Below are positions 58,923 through 64,000 of a stretch of DNA of 64,000 nucleotides, in pieces. The position numbers and the translations under genes are program-made. The notes beneath the pieces are model-generated. The model did not search any database and had not been told where the DNA came from. It saw only the letters and a program-made list of their open reading frames with translations. Numbering within the stretch: position 1 is the stretch's first letter; every line of letters begins with the position of its first letter. The stretch is from a virus (Duplodnaviria > Caudoviricetes): positions 1-64,000 of the IMG/VR virus record IMGVR_UViG_3300035522_000179. One strand, 5' to 3'.

Positions 58923-59201
58923 AATACTCAGGGACGGATCCGATTCGCCTGTTGGCGTGCCGGTAGCAATGAAAATACCTGTTCCTTACTTATTGTTTTA
59001 TCTTGCGGGCAATATCTGTCAAGGAATGATTCCTTCGATTTGTTGTTTTGCATGGCTTGTAAAACTCCATAAAATGTGTAAAGAATGCTGTACCGGTGAT
59101 TGAAGGCGGCATTCAGCGGCGTAGCCTTCATTTTGGGGCGGAATAGGGGGTTCGACTGAGTATTAACGATCCTAGAGGATAATTCAGTATCCTCTAGGAT
59201 C
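58923..59201 (+). ncRNA. Candidate structured late RNA of about 240 nt plus terminator
   Basis: AACA-N6-TAA at 58912-58924; taatactcag pairs with ctgagtatta (59156-59165); GC-rich with internal helices; terminator 59168-59201. Confidence 0.65.
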
Positions 59202-59210
59202 TCTTTGTTG

Positions 59211-61367
59211 TTAAAATGAGAAAGGATTATCATCTTCGAAAGTGTTAATCCCGTTTAATTCATTAAATAAATCAAGATCAATGGAATTCGATCCATAGTC
59301 TTCATCAAATGCGGTCATCTCTTCTTTTGTTACATTTCCAGTATCCAAAGAAATCGAAGAGGACATGATCTTCGCAGTCTCTTTTTGAGACTCCAATATC
59401 GCTTGTCTTAAAATGGATTCATAATCCATCATCTTAGCAATTTTCTGATCTTCTATAATTGCTTCTGCCACATCTTCTGGTAATACTTCCGCTAGTTCTC
59501 TCTGTGTTCTGTGTAACCCTCTATTGGGTTCTGTTTTTTCTTTCTCTCCAGGAATATAACCAAACAAAGGAAGGTTATTTCCATGAATCAAAACATACAT
59601 AGCAATCAAGTAAGACATAATACTATCGTCGTGTGATCCAGGTCCTGCAGCAATCTTTCCAGAAGCAAGACGAACAAGTCCAGAGATATCTCTTATGATG
59701 TTTGCCGTAATAAAGTCATCTTTGTTTGCAGCAATTCGATCGGCAAGAATTGCGAACATATCACTTCTAGATTCTTTATCCGTATAAACTCCATAATAGG
59801 ATTTTTCAGCAGCTTTCTTCTTAAGAATGGATTCTACGGTTTCGTTTGCATTCATAGTATCCTGAACCAAATCTTTTGCTCTATCGAAATACAATCTATG
59901 AGAAATCTTACTATTGAGTAAGTGATCAATGATTCCATCACCTACACTGTTTCTCTCGATACATACGATCGATCTGGGAATGTGCTGTGTTACCAATTCA
60001 ATAATAATCTGTTCATATTCCGTTTCACCAACATAAGAGCACTCAAACTCTGCAACAGGTCTAGCTGTATAAGGATTTAATGCAGTGATTGCATTGTGGT
60101 CTTGGTTGGTACCAGTAGAACAGTCGATACCGAGAATATAGGGAATTGCAGGATCCAATTCTTCGTAGATCTTAAACTCATAATAATCTCTGATCCAAAG
60201 AGAAGAAATCGGTTTATGAGCATGATCGTTGATATACTCGATATCCTCTTTCGGATAAGGAGACAAAGAAGATCCATGTAGTCTTTGAAGCAAAATTTCT
60301 CTTCGAACAGTAAGAGGATCTCCAATCTCATTTGAGATTTTCTCAAGCCACTCTTCATCCAAGCCAATCTGATAGTAGTGAAACTCAATATAAATGATAT
60401 TGTTGGATCCACCAGATTTTGCATAAGCTTGCATCTCTTCTTTTGTCATGTCATAAATTTTCTCGGTCCAAGGTTTTGTATTATTCAAAACAGCTTGTGC
60501 TTCCTGACCAGCACCGGAATCCAAATCACCAGGAGTACATGTAAATACTCTTGCATGTAAGGTTCCATTTGCTTCGGATGCTCTTGCTGCTGTTTCATAA
60601 GTAGATACGGAGTTACTGATAATACTTCCAATATAATCCGTAAACTCCGGCTCATCATAGTGAATGATAGGAGCAGTCAAACCACGCGCAAGGGATACTG
60701 CTTTTGGTCTAGATCCAGCACCTGCTCGAATTTTAATGGTGTTCTTTGTAACAGGTTGTTTCATCTGGGTAGCGTTATTAACTGCTTTTACTGCTTTTCC
60801 TGTTTCATCGTCGTAATACGATTCGAATCTCATATACTCAGGAAGTAAATCAATTTGTGTTTTGATACGTCCTAAGTTTTCTTTTGCGTCTGGTTGTTGT
60901 TTATTCACAAAAATAAAATCAGAGGTAGTTGTTCCAAAAGAATAACCCCAAGCAAATGCAGCTAGTGCAGATTGTGTTTTACCTTGCTGACGAGGTAAGC
61001 ATAACCAGGAGTCAATTCCATGTAGAATACAAAACGCTTGTGCGATGTTTCCTCTGTTTGCTTTATACATAACACCTTTCGGATTACCAGGGTCTGGTAT
61101 TCGGCATACTTCTCTTAAATAATACCAAAGATTCCTTCTACACTCTGTAATCACTCTAGCAATTTGGTCTCTGGTAAGTGTTGTATTTCCATTACTATCT
61201 ACTGCATGAGGATTTACATTGATTAATGTCGGATCATTTAATTCGAGAAGAAAATACCATTTCTTGACACCCAGCGTTCTAAGGTCTTTTGCTAACTGCA
61301 AAAAAGAAGTATTTGCAGTTCCAATGTCATAAATTTTATTTCCTATTCTTTTTAGTCTAGATCCCAT
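59211..61367 (-). CDS. terL: Terminase large subunit
   Basis: Walker A PRQQGKT, Walker B IIHYDE, coupling TCTP, nuclease LGIDCSTG, IERN, HDDSIMS. Confidence 0.92.
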   Translation of the reverse strand: MGSRLKRIGNKIYDIGTANTSFLQLAKDLRTLGVKKWYFLLELNDPTLINVNPHAVDSNGNTTLTRDQIARVITECRRNLWYYLREVCRIPDPGNPKGVMYKANRGNIAQAFCILHGIDSWLCLPRQQGKTQSALAAFAWGYSFGTTTSDFIFVNKQQPDAKENLGRIKTQIDLLPEYMRFESYYDDETGKAVKAVNNATQMKQPVTKNTIKIRAGAGSRPKAVSLARGLTAPIIHYDEPEFTDYIGSIISNSVSTYETAARASEANGTLHARVFTCTPGDLDSGAGQEAQAVLNNTKPWTEKIYDMTKEEMQAYAKSGGSNNIIYIEFHYYQIGLDEEWLEKISNEIGDPLTVRREILLQRLHGSSLSPYPKEDIEYINDHAHKPISSLWIRDYYEFKIYEELDPAIPYILGIDCSTGTNQDHNAITALNPYTARPVAEFECSYVGETEYEQIIIELVTQHIPRSIVCIERNSVGDGIIDHLLNSKISHRLYFDRAKDLVQDTMNANETVESILKKKAAEKSYYGVYTDKESRSDMFAILADRIAANKDDFITANIIRDISGLVRLASGKIAAGPGSHDDSIMSYLIAMYVLIHGNNLPLFGYIPGEKEKTEPNRGLHRTQRELAEVLPEDVAEAIIEDQKIAKMMDYESILRQAILESQKETAKIMSSSISLDTGNVTKEEMTAFDEDYGSNSIDLDLFNELNGINTFEDDNPFSF

Positions 61368-61510
61368 ATTTATAGACCTCCATTAGAATAACGTTTTTTG
61401 AATGGATTCGAAAACCACTTTTGGTCAGTGATATATTATTTTTATGGAACCAGACAAGAAAAACTGAATATGGAACAAAAAACGTCATAAGAGAAAGCGA
61501 GGTAATTAAT

Positions 61511-63232
61511 ATGAAGAATTACTTTAAGGTTCTAAAGAGGTATCACATGATACTTCCGCTATTGGTATTGATAGTGATTACTGCTATCAATTCTAGTCTT
61601 GGAGTTTATATCACAAAACTGTTTCAGTTTGCAGCAAATGCGATAGGAACTCCGGAGGTTACTCGGCTGATTGTTATATTGTTACTCACAGAGATCACCT
61701 TATGTGCTATAACAAGATTCAAATGGTATCTAAACAGATACGTTAGAGAATCATTAGCGGACAAGTATCGGACTGACATCTTTTCAAAGACAGAAAATAT
61801 TTCTGTAAAAGATTTGGAAGATTTCAGTATTCCGACACTTACATCAGCCACAGAGTATGCGTATACAACCTCCGATAATATGGTTGAAGTACCAAAGACA
61901 ATCGTTTCCTGTCTTAGTACTTATATATCAACTGTATGCGCAATGCTCACCACAGATGTAAATCTTTCATTCATCATGATTGGGTTAAGTACTATCTGTG
62001 GATTCGTATTCATCGGTCTTTATAGAAAGGTCGGAGATTACGAAAAAGAGAGAAAGGAATTATCTACCAAACTGAATACTTGTATTACAAGGCTTGAAGG
62101 TTATCTTGTAACAAAGTGCTTTGCAAAAGAGAGTTATGAGGTTAACAAGTATGCAGGTATTTCTGGTAGATATAAGAAGGGCTCTCTAAAGAAGTCTGCA
62201 GCCATTCAAAATGCTTCGACAGTATTTGGTGCAATGAATGTATTCATTGATGCTGGAGTACTCATCTATCTATCACTTACTTATGATGGAAACCTTACAA
62301 GTACAATTAGTAAGGCATTAGTATTCTACAGCTTAGCAAATAACTTATTTGCACCATTTGACAACCTGTTGGAAGTGATTGATGCAACCTCAACAATGAT
62401 GGTTCACATCAATGATAATGAGAAATTGTTATCAATGCCAGATGAGTATGATGGAACCATCGAGCTTAAGCAATTCAATGACTCTATTGAGTTTCGGAAT
62501 GTATCCTTCTCCTATGAGGATACAGACAACGTTCTTTCCGAAATCAATGTGAAGATTGAGAAAGGGCAAAAAGTTGGAATCTATGGAAGAAGTGGAAGTG
62601 GAAAATCCACATTTGTAAATCTAATCAATAGATTCTTCCCTGTAGATTCTGGTGAGATTCTTATTGATGGAGTAAACATCAACCAGTTTACAAAATCATC
62701 CTTAAGAAAAATCATAGGAAATGTCACTCAAGAATCCTTCCTGTTCTCTGACATGACAGTAATGGAGAACATCAAGTATGGAACCAATGCAACAGATGAC
62801 GAAGTGGTGATAGCAGCAAAGCGTGCAAATGCACATGAATTCATTAGCAAACTTCCAGATGGATACAATAGCTATGTTGGGAACAACGGAGTAAAGCTAT
62901 CTGGTGGGGAGAAACAAAGAGTTGCAATTGCAAGATTATTCTTACTTAATCCTCCAATCTTAATACTGGATGAAGCAACCAGTAGTTTGGATACTGAGTC
63001 AGAAACATACATCAAACAAAGCATTGAAAACCTGTCAAAAGGTAAGACTGTGATTTCTATTGCACACAGATTTACTACAATAGAAAATAGTGACTTACTA
63101 ATTGGAATCAAAGACCATACTATTTGTGAATGTGGTCCAGCAGAAGAGATCAAATCTACCAATTCTTTATATAATGAGTTGGCTGGGATTGATCCGAATA
63201 CCAAGAAATATGAAATTGGGTTCATGAAATAA
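61511..63232 (+). CDS. Fused TMD-NBD ABC transporter (MsbA/Sav1866-like exporter)
   Basis: Multiple TM helices; GRSGSGKST, Q-loop, LSGGEKQR, ILILDEATSSLD, IAHR; early motif at 61430-61449. Confidence 0.92.
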   Translation: MKNYFKVLKRYHMILPLLVLIVITAINSSLGVYITKLFQFAANAIGTPEVTRLIVILLLTEITLCAITRFKWYLNRYVRESLADKYRTDIFSKTENISVKDLEDFSIPTLTSATEYAYTTSDNMVEVPKTIVSCLSTYISTVCAMLTTDVNLSFIMIGLSTICGFVFIGLYRKVGDYEKERKELSTKLNTCITRLEGYLVTKCFAKESYEVNKYAGISGRYKKGSLKKSAAIQNASTVFGAMNVFIDAGVLIYLSLTYDGNLTSTISKALVFYSLANNLFAPFDNLLEVIDATSTMMVHINDNEKLLSMPDEYDGTIELKQFNDSIEFRNVSFSYEDTDNVLSEINVKIEKGQKVGIYGRSGSGKSTFVNLINRFFPVDSGEILIDGVNINQFTKSSLRKIIGNVTQESFLFSDMTVMENIKYGTNATDDEVVIAAKRANAHEFISKLPDGYNSYVGNNGVKLSGGEKQRVAIARLFLLNPPILILDEATSSLDTESETYIKQSIENLSKGKTVISIAHRFTTIENSDLLIGIKDHTICECGPAEEIKSTNSLYNELAGIDPNTKKYEIGFMK

Positions 63233-63434
63233 TCAATAAAAAAGAAACTACTGTTTATCGCAGTGGTTTCTTTTTTTATTGTATTTATATGATCCTATGA
63301 AGTCAATAATCTCAATGATATATTATTTTCATGAAGTGATTCTAGCATGAATGAACGGATAAAGGTAAGAAAGAAAATTATTTTAGGTGGAGATATATCA
63401 AGAACAGATGATTATCAAGAGCCTGGAGGTACTT

Positions 63435-63899
63435 ATGACTGGAATGGAATTAAAGGAAATGAAGATCAATGTTGAAACACAAATTGAAATGCTAAACAAA
63501 CTTTGCGTTCGGTATGGGCATGAGGAAGAGATGATTCATGTTGTCAATGAAGCAAATGTAACAATCGAGAATACTGATTTGAAAGACGTAAATGAAGAGG
63601 CTAGTGATGTTACTGGAGATGTTGGGACAAGACAGTTGTATGAGACTTTTAAAAAGCGTGGATTGAACTGTATGTACGATGGTGAGTTCACAAGCTGGTT
63701 GATGGAGATTTGTGGATCTACAATATTTGACATGTTGCACCCGAAGGATGAGACAAATGAGCATTCTGAATTCTCCAATAAAGTATGGAGAAATGAGGTT
63801 ATATACGATCATTTCGATTGGTTTGATGAGATTGCCGATAAATTGTTTATCTTCATCAACGTTATTTACCATGTGTATTTATGTTTGCCTTTAAGGTAA
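63435..63899 (+). CDS. Hypothetical early protein
   Basis: ATG at 63435 after ggagg; leader homologous to that of the gene at 25386. Confidence 0.7.
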   Translation: MTGMELKEMKINVETQIEMLNKLCVRYGHEEEMIHVVNEANVTIENTDLKDVNEEASDVTGDVGTRQLYETFKKRGLNCMYDGEFTSWLMEICGSTIFDMLHPKDETNEHSEFSNKVWRNEVIYDHFDWFDEIADKLFIFINVIYHVYLCLPLR

Positions 63900-64000
63900 T
63901 AGGATGTTCAGTGATTGTTATTGATGTTAACATAAAAAAGAAGGATGATGTATTTCATACAGGTCCTTCTTTTTTATTGTCATAGTCGTAAAGTCGTTTT

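Noticed and set aside
58928-59233. 101-aa minus-strand ORF, or tRNA/tmRNA assignment of this region
   Set aside because: The ORF crosses a terminator and has no RBS. ggttcga is not followed by a complementary T-stem, acceptor stem or CCA, so no tRNA or tmRNA call is made.
1-64000. Alternative genetic code, or a nucleus-shell/tubulin gene
   Set aside because: Core genes read intact under code 11 with TAA, TAG and TGA stops; no chimallin or PhuZ was recognisable in this window (they could lie elsewhere).

Overview
AT-rich (roughly one-third GC by eye) segment of a jumbo myophage of the AR9/PBS1/phiKZ-like type, probably infecting a Firmicute (strong AGGAGG-type RBSs, YneA-like gene; inference). 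Core genes: a multisubunit RNA polymerase beta-prime in two pieces, portal, tail sheath and tube, baseplate-like proteins, large terminase, primase, SSB, a GroEL-like chaperonin, and a probable sigma-like non-virion RNAP subunit interrupted by a group I intron (51389-52428) carrying an HNH endonuclease. Two recurring promoter motifs (AACA-N6-TAA, late type; ATATAYYAT-N6/7-GAA, early type) and long hairpin terminators organise the window. The most striking region is 33.1-44.3 kb. There, nine genes share a C-terminal tag (ES.DD.RLEIYESC.YGEISEEERDLLL.M) and often an N-terminal leader around variable payloads. They are punctuated by four identical 44-bp palindromes (21-bp arms, AA/TT core), two of which bound a 1.6-kb unit that looks inserted. 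This suggests a shufflable cassette system of capsid-packaged proteins. Also notable: several candidate non-coding RNAs with their own promoter and terminator, a degenerate pair of IS607-type serine recombinases, a membrane-DHFR fusion and an ABC exporter. All calls come from reading motifs by eye; no database searches were run.
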